A DNA stretch of 64,000 nt, from positions 1-64,000 of the forward strand of contig JAVJWO010000176.1 in the NCBI GenBank assembly GCA_040222015.1. Direction: 5' to 3'. Below are positions 41,514-52,500 of the stretch, in pieces (positions within the stretch are counted from its first letter, which is position 1; each line of letters begins with the position of its first letter). The position numbers and the translations under genes are program-made. Origin of the DNA: Coleofasciculus chthonoplastes F2-STO-03. Its GTDB lineage: Bacteria > Cyanobacteriota > Cyanobacteriia > Cyanobacteriales > Coleofasciculaceae. Below the pieces are notes generated by a model. That model was not told the DNA's origin, ran no database searches, and saw only the letters and a program-made list of their open reading frames with translations.

Positions 41514-44500
41514 CTATATTTGTTCGTCACGACTAACTCGAAGTCTGGCTCTATGACTAACTGAATAAAGGGCAGAGTAAATTTCAGGTTCCAAATACAT
41601 TTCTTGCTTGCTAGTAAGCGATAAATAGGCTTTTCGTAATTCGGTCACTGTTTCCAGATCATCAGCTACTTCGCCAATTGCTCTAACTATACAACGTTTC
41701 CAATTGAAGGTTCGATTATTGTTGTGGATTTCGGGTAATAGCTCCCGTAGTTCAGGTACTAATAACTTGGTAATAAATGTGGGCAAGTTGTTCAAAATCT
41801 CATTTTGAAATACCAGCCCACTGGATTGATGCAATATTGATAGTATTTGTTGAGCAATTGTATCAGACTGGTACTCTGAGGCAGCCCAGAGAATACCTTT
41901 TGCCTCACAAATAGATAAATTATACTTTTCTGTCGTAGTGAAAATTCTATTAGCGTAATCAACGATAAACTTGCGCCCTGATTCCGGCGCTACTCCATGA
42001 TCCCAGCTTGCCTGACTTTGCTCCAATGCTTGCACCAGCGTTGGCACTACAGAGTTATCTCCCAAGCTTTTGAGAGTGCGAGTTATTCGTTGCCAAACAT
42101 ATCCAAGCCAAATAGAGTCTCCTAAACACCAGTTAGGAGGCACAACTCGCCTTTCTATTGCCTGAACTAGATAGGTGATGCTCTCTTGTTCTCCCCAAAT
42201 TCCCAAAGTTGTGGCTATGCCCACTCGAACAGGCTCATCAACGTTGTGGTCTTTTGGGATTTGTCTTAGTGAATCTATCGCACTTTCTTGTAAACCTTCT
42301 AGGGATTCTGTCAATAACCACCGAATCTGCCAATCAATGGATTCATCCTGAATATGTTGCAAAATGGAATTCACCAAAGATGCATTCTTTAAATCTCTTA
42401 ACGCCCTAGAAATGGCTGGCTTTACTCTAGAGCTTGTAGTGTCTGCTAGAATCAAATCCAGCAGTTTTGGAGCGATAGATTGATCACCTGAACTGCCCAG
42501 CAACTCAAAAATTTCAATTTCTTCTCTGTTATAGCATTCTGGGTCAGTCCGCATAGTCAGCAGCTCAGAAGTTATAGAGGTTTCGCCTAGCTCGATCAAC
42601 GCCCTAGCAATCTGTAGCCGAATTAATATCCATTCGTCATTTTTTTCTCTAAACCTCTTGAGTAGATAATCGCTAGCATTTGTCACTTTTAACTCAGCTA
42701 GCGAATATAAGATACGTCCACATACCCGTCCATCCCGTTCTACCTTCCTCTGAAAAAGTTTCAGCAATTTATTACCTACATTCTGGTCACCATATTTTCC
42801 ACAAGCCGAGGCAATGATAAATTGCTTTTCCATTAAGGCAACATTCATCCTTCGCCGTTCTAGCTCATTCTTGCCTACGATAACCAGCATCTCCAGTAGC
42901 TCATCAATTAGGGTTGGGTCGCCAATCTCCACCAAAACTTTAGCTGCCCGTTCCCAATTCAGGGCATAGGGTGAATTACTAAGCAGATCTTTCACTTCGG
43001 TAATAATGCGATCGCGTAACCCCTGCATCAGAATCGTGGGTTTACCAACCAGACAACGTGCTGCCAAGAGCAAATCACTATCAAAAAGGTCATCATTGAC
43101 AGCTAGCGGTTCCCCTTCCGGTATTAACTGGTTGATGTTTCCAGGTAACAATGGAGGTAGCGAACGTCCCAAGATACCTAATAGTAGCGGTGTCGCATCG
43201 TCCATACATTCAGCTAATAGCAGGATTACCTCTTCCCACCAAGGTTCATGTCGATGCTTAACAACCTCTTGCCATCCAACTGCACCTTTTTTATTGGCGG
43301 CTAGTGCGGCAAAATATTCTTGAAACGTCAAATGCAGAAAGCCATACAATTCATAGGCGGCTTCTTTCAGCAAACTCGATGAATCTGTAATTTCCTCCAG
43401 GATTGCTTGGTTCTCTTCTGGTGAGATATTGATTTGATCATTAGAAAGAAAGCGAGGAAGTTGCCGCAATAGTTCAGCTTCGCGGAAATAGCTTGTCCCT
43501 TGCTGATGGAAATACCACGCTACCTCTATCAACAGCTTCTGCATTTGTGTTGGTTTAAACTGCCTGAATCGCTTAACATCTCGATTAGGTTCCGCATCCC
43601 ATTCTTCGAGCAATACTTCAACGCAGTGCTTGTACAATTCAGAGCGACGCTCAGGTAATTTCAATTCTCGCCCATAGACAATCGCCATTAGTGAGAGAAT
43701 TAACGGATTTCCTGCCAACGTCTTCATCCGCAAGTTTTTATCTAATTCTTGCCATAGTCCTTCCGCCTTGGAGGGATCTGATTTGAACCAGTTGTTGGCA
43801 AATTCCTTAATCTGAGGTTCATCAAATTCCAGCACTTCCATTGTCTGGAACCCAGTTAAACCACCGCGCCAGCCAGCCCGACGACAGGTAACTGCGATCG
43901 GAGCATTACGAAATCGAAATTGTGTGGCTAATTGATTTACTTTATAAACCGCCTGATTGTAAGCATTTTTCGCCTCAGCAGGGCTTTTACCACCCAATAC
44001 TTCGTCTAATCCGTCTAACAGCAATGCAGCATTACCGTCTTCTAGCTGTTTTTCAAGATAGGGGCGGGCATTTGGAAAGCCATAGCGTTCCGCCAAGTCA
44101 GCAGCAACAAACTCTAGAACGTTTTCCGTGTTACCTTCTAAAAATTTCAGTTCAACATAAATAGGCAAATAGGGTAAGCTTGGCTCATCTTTAGCCATTC
44201 GCACAGCTAGGTGTCGCAGGATCGTCGTTTTACCTGCACCAGGCTCACCCAACACAGTTATCCGTTTGTGTTCGGTTAATGCCTCTTCTGGGGAAATTGC
44301 CGTTGCCGCTTTTTCTGCTAAACGCCGTTGAGATTGTCGCAACAGTTCCCCTGGCTCACCCCCAGCTGACGAGGCTTTTTCTTCTTCTTGGGTAGAGGAC
44401 AGTGGTTGTTCTTGCCGCACTTGCAGTTTTACATAAATATTCTCCAGCTTCAGAGGACTGGACATCTTAAAAATCTGTAGATTTTCGAGTCTATAAATCA

Positions 44501-45407
44501 GTTGTTTACGGTAGGCGGCAACATGGCGTTCGATAGTCTGTTCTGGTTGAGTTTCTTCTTTCGTTTTCTGTGCATATAAAATGTTACGTATTTTTTCTTT
44601 AGTGATGCACTTTCCTTGAATGCTAGCCGCCGTTTTTTTCTCTTCTGAATCAGTAAGCAGATCAAAATAGAGAGGCTGTGAGGAATCATTGGCTAGGGAA
44701 GCGGCACGAAGCATTTCGTGGATGAGGACATTAGCTAAATCTTTTAACTCGTCGTATACTCTCTGGTTTATATCAGGGAGTTTCGCAATATCATCAATAA
44801 GATACCTTTCAATATCGTCTAATCCTGGCAAATCAGCCTGTGGTTTGACTTTGCTCAAAACCTTTAAGGCTAATTCACTAATAGTGCTATCATCATTTAA
44901 AACAAGGTCTCTTATCTCTTTGTCCTCATCTTTATTGGAGGATAATTTATTTTTGGTAAAATCGAATAAAATTTTCTGAGGAGCAATGCCTTCTTTTTTG
45001 GCATCTTTAGCTAATTGCAAAAGATAAGATAAGTTACTGCTATTCTTTTTTTCGTGCCAAAAGCCATTATTAACAGCTATTGCATATTGAGAAAAATATT
45101 CTGGGAATTCGTGTTCAAGCTTAACAAATCTCCTCAAGGACTTGACTATTGGTTCGTCAATAGCTTTATAGGGACCATTACTAACCTGCCGCGTTTTGAT
45201 CTGAATACCTACAAATGTGCCATCTTTACGCTTAACTAGAACATCTTCATGATGTTCACAGAATATGTACTCAAACTCAGATTCTTCCTGAAGCAGGGAC
45301 AAAGAAATTATGGCAGCATAGGTAGCTTGGTAGCGAAATCGTCGCTGGGTATCATCACCAGGGTCATCATTGCTGAGTACGTTCTCAGGCGTTATAGGTC
45401 GATTCAT
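41514..45407 (-). CDS. Cap4/DUF4297-like nuclease - NACHT NTPase - HEAT-like repeat protein
   Basis: DPGDDTQRRFRYQ, EHHEDV, IQIKT; GEPGAGKTT, LLLDGLDEV, FLHLTFQEYFAA; helical repeat C terminus. Confidence 0.85.
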   Translation of the reverse strand: MNRPITPENVLSNDDPGDDTQRRFRYQATYAAIISLSLLQEESEFEYIFCEHHEDVLVKRKDGTFVGIQIKTRQVSNGPYKAIDEPIVKSLRRFVKLEHEFPEYFSQYAIAVNNGFWHEKKNSSNLSYLLQLAKDAKKEGIAPQKILFDFTKNKLSSNKDEDKEIRDLVLNDDSTISELALKVLSKVKPQADLPGLDDIERYLIDDIAKLPDINQRVYDELKDLANVLIHEMLRAASLANDSSQPLYFDLLTDSEEKKTAASIQGKCITKEKIRNILYAQKTKEETQPEQTIERHVAAYRKQLIYRLENLQIFKMSSPLKLENIYVKLQVRQEQPLSSTQEEEKASSAGGEPGELLRQSQRRLAEKAATAISPEEALTEHKRITVLGEPGAGKTTILRHLAVRMAKDEPSLPYLPIYVELKFLEGNTENVLEFVAADLAERYGFPNARPYLEKQLEDGNAALLLDGLDEVLGGKSPAEAKNAYNQAVYKVNQLATQFRFRNAPIAVTCRRAGWRGGLTGFQTMEVLEFDEPQIKEFANNWFKSDPSKAEGLWQELDKNLRMKTLAGNPLILSLMAIVYGRELKLPERRSELYKHCVEVLLEEWDAEPNRDVKRFRQFKPTQMQKLLIEVAWYFHQQGTSYFREAELLRQLPRFLSNDQINISPEENQAILEEITDSSSLLKEAAYELYGFLHLTFQEYFAALAANKKGAVGWQEVVKHRHEPWWEEVILLLAECMDDATPLLLGILGRSLPPLLPGNINQLIPEGEPLAVNDDLFDSDLLLAARCLVGKPTILMQGLRDRIITEVKDLLSNSPYALNWERAAKVLVEIGDPTLIDELLEMLVIVGKNELERRRMNVALMEKQFIIASACGKYGDQNVGNKLLKLFQRKVERDGRVCGRILYSLAELKVTNASDYLLKRFREKNDEWILIRLQIARALIELGETSITSELLTMRTDPECYNREEIEIFELLGSSGDQSIAPKLLDLILADTTSSRVKPAISRALRDLKNASLVNSILQHIQDESIDWQIRWLLTESLEGLQESAIDSLRQIPKDHNVDEPVRVGIATTLGIWGEQESITYLVQAIERRVVPPNWCLGDSIWLGYVWQRITRTLKSLGDNSVVPTLVQALEQSQASWDHGVAPESGRKFIVDYANRIFTTTEKYNLSICEAKGILWAASEYQSDTIAQQILSILHQSSGLVFQNEILNNLPTFITKLLVPELRELLPEIHNNNRTFNWKRCIVRAIGEVADDLETVTELRKAYLSLTSKQEMYLEPEIYSALYSVSHRARLRVSRDEQI

Positions 45408-45517
45408 CGTCCCATTTAGACTAGCTTTCCCTAGTATGACCAATATAAAGCTGATGTAACCACTGATTTACAAGGATATTTTGGCGATTATTCTTAAGAA
45501 ACCCTCCTCCATTTTGA

Positions 45518-45584
45518 GTAAGGGCGGGTTTTGCTGAAATATTATGGGTGAGACTCGAAATTAAACGGCTAAACCCGCCCCTAC
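45518..45584. repeat. GGGCGGGTTT..AAACCCGCCCCTAC REP-like element
   Basis: Family of 1346-1405. Confidence 0.8.
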
Positions 45585-45737
45585 AAGCCTCCACAGGTTT
45601 TTCTCTTGAGATGGGATACCCAAGCTTGACTACAGGGAATCAAGAATCGACTGGTTGAGAATGTTCTATTTGTCAAGTTATTCAAAAAATCTTAAAGGAA
45701 TGATAGTCCCGCACCTCCACCCCCCACACCCCACCTC

Positions 45738-46181
<444 letters not shown>

Positions 46182-46271
46182 CTAGTTCAACCGCATCGGT
46201 TTTCTATAATTTATTAGCCTGCAACGAGAGTGCATGGCATTCTCAATATTGGAACAAGACGTTAGTCAGCT

Positions 46272-46643
46272 ATGTCTATCGAGAAACTTCAGCCTGCCGA
46301 TAAAGCCGCCGTCGGTGTCTATATGCCTTACTATCAAGGCGCTAAACGCAATGCCCTCCCTCTGGCGATTAGTCTGTATCAACAGGGATCGTTAGAAGGG
46401 AGTCGCCGTATTGAAGGGGGTGAAAGCATTCCCTTTGTGGCAACCTGGTTTGTCTCCAAGCTACCTTCGGAACCAACCCGCTGCCGATTACAGTTTGACG
46501 GCAATGCGGAACTGAGTTATGAGGTAACGTTGCCGAATTCTGAATTTATTAATTACTTAATCGAAGTCATTTTGAATTTCAAGCGCACCCGCTTGACCGA
46601 TTTTTCCCAGACGTTTTATCGCAAACTACTACGTGACGAGTAA
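46272..46643 (+). CDS. ebsA: Type IV pilus/secretion protein EbsA
   Basis: VYMPYYQG, LPLAISLY, CRLQFDGNAELSYE recognised by eye. Confidence 0.8.
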   Translation: MSIEKLQPADKAAVGVYMPYYQGAKRNALPLAISLYQQGSLEGSRRIEGGESIPFVATWFVSKLPSEPTRCRLQFDGNAELSYEVTLPNSEFINYLIEVILNFKRTRLTDFSQTFYRKLLRDE

Positions 46644-46681
46644 ACTCAAGTGGCATTTTGACCAGAGGAGTGAAATTAGGG

Positions 46682-47773
46682 GTGAAAAAATCTGTGAATT
46701 ATTTACTAATTGGATCAACGGAAGCGTATAGTGGCAAGTCTGCTATCATTCTGGGTATCGCCCATCAGCTTAAAAGTAAAGGACTGGATATTGGTTATGG
46801 TAAGCTCTTAGGCTGTACTGAGTATGCGAATAAAGTGGATCGGGAAGGCGATGATGTGCAGTTTATTCCGTCTATCCTGAACCTACCCGAAAAACAAGTG
46901 CGATCGCCTCTACTCTATCTGGATGATCAGACGATGCAGAAACGCTTGCGGGGTGAGGATTCGACCAATTATCGTGCATCACTCAAGTCCTATCTCCAGC
47001 CGCCGATTGGTGATTTAATGATACTCGAAGGACCGAGTACCCTGTTTGAAGGCAATTTATTTGACCTCTCGTTGCTGGATATTGCTCAGGAAGTAGAGGC
47101 TTCTATTATATTAGTCAGCCGTTTTCATTCGGTGCTACTGGTGGAAACGCTACTCTCTGCTAAACACCAACTCGGCGATCGCTTACGGGGAGTTGTGATT
47201 AATGCGATTCCGGCTGATCAACTGGAAATCGTCCAATCCACTGTCCAACCTTTTCTAGAGGCGCAAGGTATTCCCGTATTGGGGATGTTACCTCAAAACG
47301 ATTTACTCCGCAGCGTTACGGTTCGAGAATTAATTCATCAACTCGATGCCCAAGTGCTTTGTCGTCCGGATCGGGTGGATTTATTGGTTCAAAGTTTGAC
47401 CATTGGCGCGATGAATGTCAACTCTGCCCTAAAATATTTCCGCAAAGGCAAGCACATGGCGGTTGTCACGGGAGGCGATCGCACGGATATCCAAATGGCA
47501 GCACTGGAAACCTCAACCCATTGTCTGATTCTAACGGGTAAAATACCACCCCAACCGTTAATTGTCAACCGGGCGGAAGAATTGGAAATTCCTATCTTAT
47601 CAGTGGATCTCGATACCCTGACAACGGTGGAAATTATCGATCGCGCGTTTGGTCAAGTCCGCTTGCGCGAATCCATTAAAGCCCAGTGCATCCAAGAGCT
47701 TATGGGAGAACATTTTGATATTGAACGGTTGATGAATTTACTTGGTTTAAAAGCGGCTGTTTCAACGCATTAA
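46682..47773 (+). CDS. Phosphotransacetylase N-terminal-like (BioD-like plus DRTGG) protein
   Basis: YSGKS, IGAMN, VTGGDRTDI, LILTG. Confidence 0.88.
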   Translation: MKKSVNYLLIGSTEAYSGKSAIILGIAHQLKSKGLDIGYGKLLGCTEYANKVDREGDDVQFIPSILNLPEKQVRSPLLYLDDQTMQKRLRGEDSTNYRASLKSYLQPPIGDLMILEGPSTLFEGNLFDLSLLDIAQEVEASIILVSRFHSVLLVETLLSAKHQLGDRLRGVVINAIPADQLEIVQSTVQPFLEAQGIPVLGMLPQNDLLRSVTVRELIHQLDAQVLCRPDRVDLLVQSLTIGAMNVNSALKYFRKGKHMAVVTGGDRTDIQMAALETSTHCLILTGKIPPQPLIVNRAEELEIPILSVDLDTLTTVEIIDRAFGQVRLRESIKAQCIQELMGEHFDIERLMNLLGLKAAVSTH

Positions 47774-47905
47774 TAATTCATCATTTGTCATTTTTACTTA
47801 GTTTTAAGTCATGAATCTGTCTACCTTGCTAGGGCAGATTTTTTGTTTTAATCTTGACTTTTAACTTGGCTGGCTTAATGGTTCCCCATCACTGAATAGA
47901 ATCTC

Positions 47906-49291
47906 ATGAAGTTAGATTTAGAACGATTTTTCGCGGCGTGTAATCCCAGCAAAACCCTAAACATGAAAAATGCTGAGGATCACAAGTATTATATCGAATT
48001 TGCTGGAGTGCGGGGTGGTAAGGCAATTGAAGCATTAAAGCGGACGATCGCACGGCTATCACCCAACGAACCCACCTGTCAATTATTCACCGGACATATT
48101 GGTTGTGGCAAGTCTACAGAGTTATTGCGGTTAAAGATGGAGTTGGAGGCGTTGGACTTTCATGTCGTCTATTTTCAAGCCACCGATGATTTAGATGTCG
48201 CGGATGTTGATATTACCGATATTCTACTCGCGATCGCCCGCCAAGTAAGCGCCAGTTTAGAATCGAGTCGGGTGGCGTTACAACCGGGTGGATTTAAGGC
48301 GTTTTTACAGAAAACCATTGATGTGCTACAGACACCGATAGAAGTGGGAGGGGAAGCCAAAGTTCCGGGGATTGGTACAGTTAAAGCGAGTACCGAGGGC
48401 AACTTTGAAGTCTCTCTTCCCGATAAAATTGCTAAACTGACGATCAAAGCCAAAAATAGCCAGCAGATGCGTTCCAAACTCAGACAGCATTTGGAACCCC
48501 AAACCAGTCAAATTTTAGAGTATATTAATCAGGAAATCCTCGAAGTTGCTATTGCACAATTGAAGCAACTAGATCAAAAAGGATTAGTCGTCATTGTCGA
48601 TAACTTAGATCGCATTCCCAACCAAGAAACGGCTGCATCCAGCAAACCACTTCCGGAATATATTTTTGTCGATCGCGGCGAACAATTAAGTCAACTCAAT
48701 TGCCATTTGGTGTATACCCTTCCCCTATCGCTAATTTTCTCCAATTTACGAGAACCGTTAAAGAATCGTCTCGGAAATGGTCGTAGTCCGATTGTCTTAT
48801 CTATGGTGCCAGTCTTCTCCCGCGATGGTCAAGATCATCCGGGAGGAATCGCCCTACTGCGACAGATGATTTTAGCCCGGGCGTTTCCAGAAGCGACAGC
48901 CGAGGAACGTTTAGCAAGTGTCACCAAAGTATTTGATAGTCTTGACACATTAGACCGACTGTGCAAGATTAGTGGCGGTCATGTAAGAAGTTTGTTGGGG
49001 ATGCTTTATGCCTGTCTCCAGGAACAAGATCCGCCGATTTCTCGCCCGATTTTGGAAATGGTAATTCGCCAAGAACGGGATAGTTTATTATTGGCAATTG
49101 ATAATCATGAATGGGAGTTATTGTTTCAAGTAGTACGGGAACAAAAAGTTAAAGGCGATCATGAATATCAAACATTACTACAAAGCTTATTTGTATTTGA
49201 GTATCAAGATGAACAGGGGAGTTGGTTTGGCTTAAATCCCTTATTATTTGAGACCAAAAAATATCAGGCGTGGATACAGCAAAATGAGTAA
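47906..49291 (+). CDS. P-loop ATPase (STAND/KAP-related)
   Basis: FTGHIGCGKSTEL Walker A, VVIVDNLDR Walker B, SGGHVR. Confidence 0.88.
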   Translation: MKLDLERFFAACNPSKTLNMKNAEDHKYYIEFAGVRGGKAIEALKRTIARLSPNEPTCQLFTGHIGCGKSTELLRLKMELEALDFHVVYFQATDDLDVADVDITDILLAIARQVSASLESSRVALQPGGFKAFLQKTIDVLQTPIEVGGEAKVPGIGTVKASTEGNFEVSLPDKIAKLTIKAKNSQQMRSKLRQHLEPQTSQILEYINQEILEVAIAQLKQLDQKGLVVIVDNLDRIPNQETAASSKPLPEYIFVDRGEQLSQLNCHLVYTLPLSLIFSNLREPLKNRLGNGRSPIVLSMVPVFSRDGQDHPGGIALLRQMILARAFPEATAEERLASVTKVFDSLDTLDRLCKISGGHVRSLLGMLYACLQEQDPPISRPILEMVIRQERDSLLLAIDNHEWELLFQVVREQKVKGDHEYQTLLQSLFVFEYQDEQGSWFGLNPLLFETKKYQAWIQQNE

Positions 49292-49307
49292 ATAGAAGAT
49301 CAAGCTT

Positions 49308-49473
49308 GTAGGGGCGGGTTTGACCGATAACATATAGGAGACAACCGCTAACTTAACTAAACCCGCCCGACTTGGGGTACAAAGGAGACAAAGAAAACCA
49401 TATTAACTTGACACACCACCGACTCCAACCCCCTCTGCGTCCCTCTGCGTAAACCTCTGCGTCCCTCTGCGTT
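49308..49473. repeat. GTAGGGGCGGG REP-like element followed by CCTCTGCGT short tandem repeats
   Basis: Hairpin 49308-49368; four CCTCTGCGT units 49431-49472. Confidence 0.8.
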
Positions 49474-49520
49474 AAAAAAATATAATTCCCCCTCTAACAA
49501 ACTTACTATAAATTGTGATC

Positions 49521-52500
49521 ATGAACACCCCAGATCCCCTAGCCGAAATTGCCGCCTGTAACGATCAGGCATTAAACACCCTAACCCGATCGCTTACTAA
49601 ATCCCAGGGAGAGTTTACCTTAATTCTGGCGCGGTGTAACTATACCTGTTTGCGATCGCAGATTCTCCACCTGCTACACCAACGCTGTTCCCTCAACCTA
49701 TTTGAGTTAACCCTAGACTCATCGGCGCAGACGATATATACCGCGATTCACAATCATGTAGAGAATCAACAACCTGATGCTATATTAGTCACCGGGTTAG
49801 AATCAGTAACGGATCTCGATAACTTACTCATCGCCACCAATCGAGTACGGGATTTATTTCGCAAGTTTCCCTTTCCCGTCGTCTTTTGGGTAACTAATCA
49901 GGTATGCAAACGGCTGATCAAAGTTGCCATGGATCTCTACAATTGGTCGAGTCCCAAGCTAGAATTTGTCCTACCTGAACCTGCACTAATGGCATTAGTG
50001 GCAGAAACAGCGCACCAAGCCTTGGCAGATGAGGACAACTTAACCTTAGATGATACCGAATTACAAGCCATTCTGCAATCATACTCTGCTCAAGGACAAA
50101 ATTTTCCCCCTGATTTTCATGCTATTTTATGCTTAAGTTTGGGAATCATTCACACCCGAAACAATCACATCGATGCAGCGATTCCTTACTATCAGCAAAG
50201 TTTAACCCTTTGGCAAGAACATCAGTCCGGAGAACAGATGGGAATTACGTCACTGCATCTGGCTTGGGCGTATGCACTGAAAGGGGAGCAATATCAAGCA
50301 GAAATTCGGGACTATGTGCAGCAAACTTGGCAGCATTTGCATCAGGAACACTGCACTGATTCCTTGATTCATCATAGTTGTAAACTAGGAGATTTACTGC
50401 GACAGGTTGGTGACTGGGAAAAATTACAACAATTAGCGGAAAAAGCATTAACTTGGCATCAGCAGCAGGGGGATGTCCAGAAAATTGCCCAAGATTATGG
50501 GTTTTTAGCCGATGTTGCTTTAAATAAACGTCAATGGCGGGATGCTCAAAAGTTCGCGCAGCAAGGGATTAAGGCTTGGCAACAGGTATCAGAGTTTGAG
50601 ATTAAACGGTTAGGATTGTGTTATTTTATTCTGGCACAATCCCAGCAACACTTGGGTCAAGAAAAAGACGCGATCGCGACATTGGCGACAGCGAGAGAGA
50701 TTAGCTTAAATGCAACCATTCCCCTACATCAGTATGACCCGAAACTTTATGTTAATATCCTGCAAAACTTACGCACTCTAAAATTTGCCCAAGGGGATTA
50801 TTTAGACGCCTTTCATTTAAAGTTAGAACAACGGCAAATTGAGACCCAATATGGCTTACGGGCATTTATTGGTGCGGGACGACTGCACCCGCCACGACAG
50901 GTAATTCAGCCCGGTATTCGAGGAAGACAGGGATTATCCTTATCCCAAATCGTCGCTTCCTCTGGACGCCAGAAGGATGTCGAGGAACTATTAGAACGAA
51001 TTCGACGACGCGATCGCAAATTGACGGTGATTTATGGGTCATCTGGGGTAGGAAAGAGTTCGATTTTGCAGGCGGGATTAGTTCCGATTCTGCAACAGAC
51101 TTATTTTGAAGGACGGGATATTGTCCCTGTTTTGCTACAAGTTTATAAGGATTGGGTAGGGGGTTTAGATAAGGGTTTAGTGGAAGCCTTGAAGAAGGTT
51201 AATCGTTCTTCTATTTTTGCTAATGATTCCCTTGAGACTCAATCTGATCCCCCCCCCGCCCCCCTTAAAAAGGGGGGAGCTAAGAGAGGCTCTAACATTG
51301 ATTTAATTGGGGATAATAAAAGAAGTTCTGACTCCCCCCTTCCCTTGCAGGGAAGGGGGGCTGGGGGGGTTAGGTCAACCCTATCAATGATTCTCAACCA
51401 ATTGCGTCAAAATGAACACAGCCAACTGTTAACCGTGCTAATTTTTGACCAATTTGAGGAGTTTTTCTTTGATCACAAAGATCCAGCCAGCCGACGAGAG
51501 TTTTATGAGTTTCTGCGTCAATGTGTAGAGATTCCGTATGTCAAAGTTATTTTATCTCTGCGGGAAGACTATATTTATTACCTATTAGAGTTAAATCGCA
51601 CAACGCCGTTAACCAACATTGATAAAAATCACGAGCATATTCTCTATTACTTAGGGAATTTTTCAGCAGCAGATGCTAAAGCCGTCATTCAGAGTTTAAC
51701 CGCGCGATCGCATTTACCTTTTGAGCCAGATTTAGTTGACCAATTGGTGCAGGATTTAGCCAAGGATTTAGGAGAAGTGCGTCCGATTGAGTTGCAGATT
51801 GTTGGCTATCAACTGGAAACGGAGAAGATGACCACGCGGGAGGAGTATCAAAAATATGAGTCTAAGGAGGAATTAGTTGAGGCGTTTTTAGCCGATGTTG
51901 TTCAAGATTGTGGATCAGGAAATGAGCAGGTTGCCAAACTCGTCTTGTACTTGCTAACTGATGAGAATAACACTCGCCCCCTAAAAACTCGTGCGGATTT
52001 GGAATTGGAGTTAGAGGTAAAGAATGAAACGCTAGATTTAGTTTTAGAGGTGTTAGTCGAATCAGGGATAGTCTTGAGAGTTCCGGCTATTCCAGATGAC
52101 CGCTATCAACTGGTTCACGATTATCTCGTATTATTTGTGCGTCATCAACAATCTGAGCGATTAATTAAGGAACTAGAAAAAGAGAGAGAACAACGGAAGC
52201 TGACAGAAGCCAAGCTGAACCAAGTTCTGAGACAACAACTTGAAGACACTCGCCGTTCATTAGTGTGGAAAGTTGGACTCGGCGTTCTGAGTGGGGCGTT
52301 AGCAATATTCTTGCCATTTGTGTTACTGAATCAGAATGATAGTTATCTCAATTCTCGGATTACTGAAGCGAAAAGGAAACTTAGCTCAAACCAAGATTTA
52401 GAGGCGCTAGTTGAAACCTTAAAGGCTGGAAAACGGTTGCAACGTTGGTCAATTGGCGTCAATCCTGAGACTGAAATTAAAGTAAAAGCAGCATTACAGG

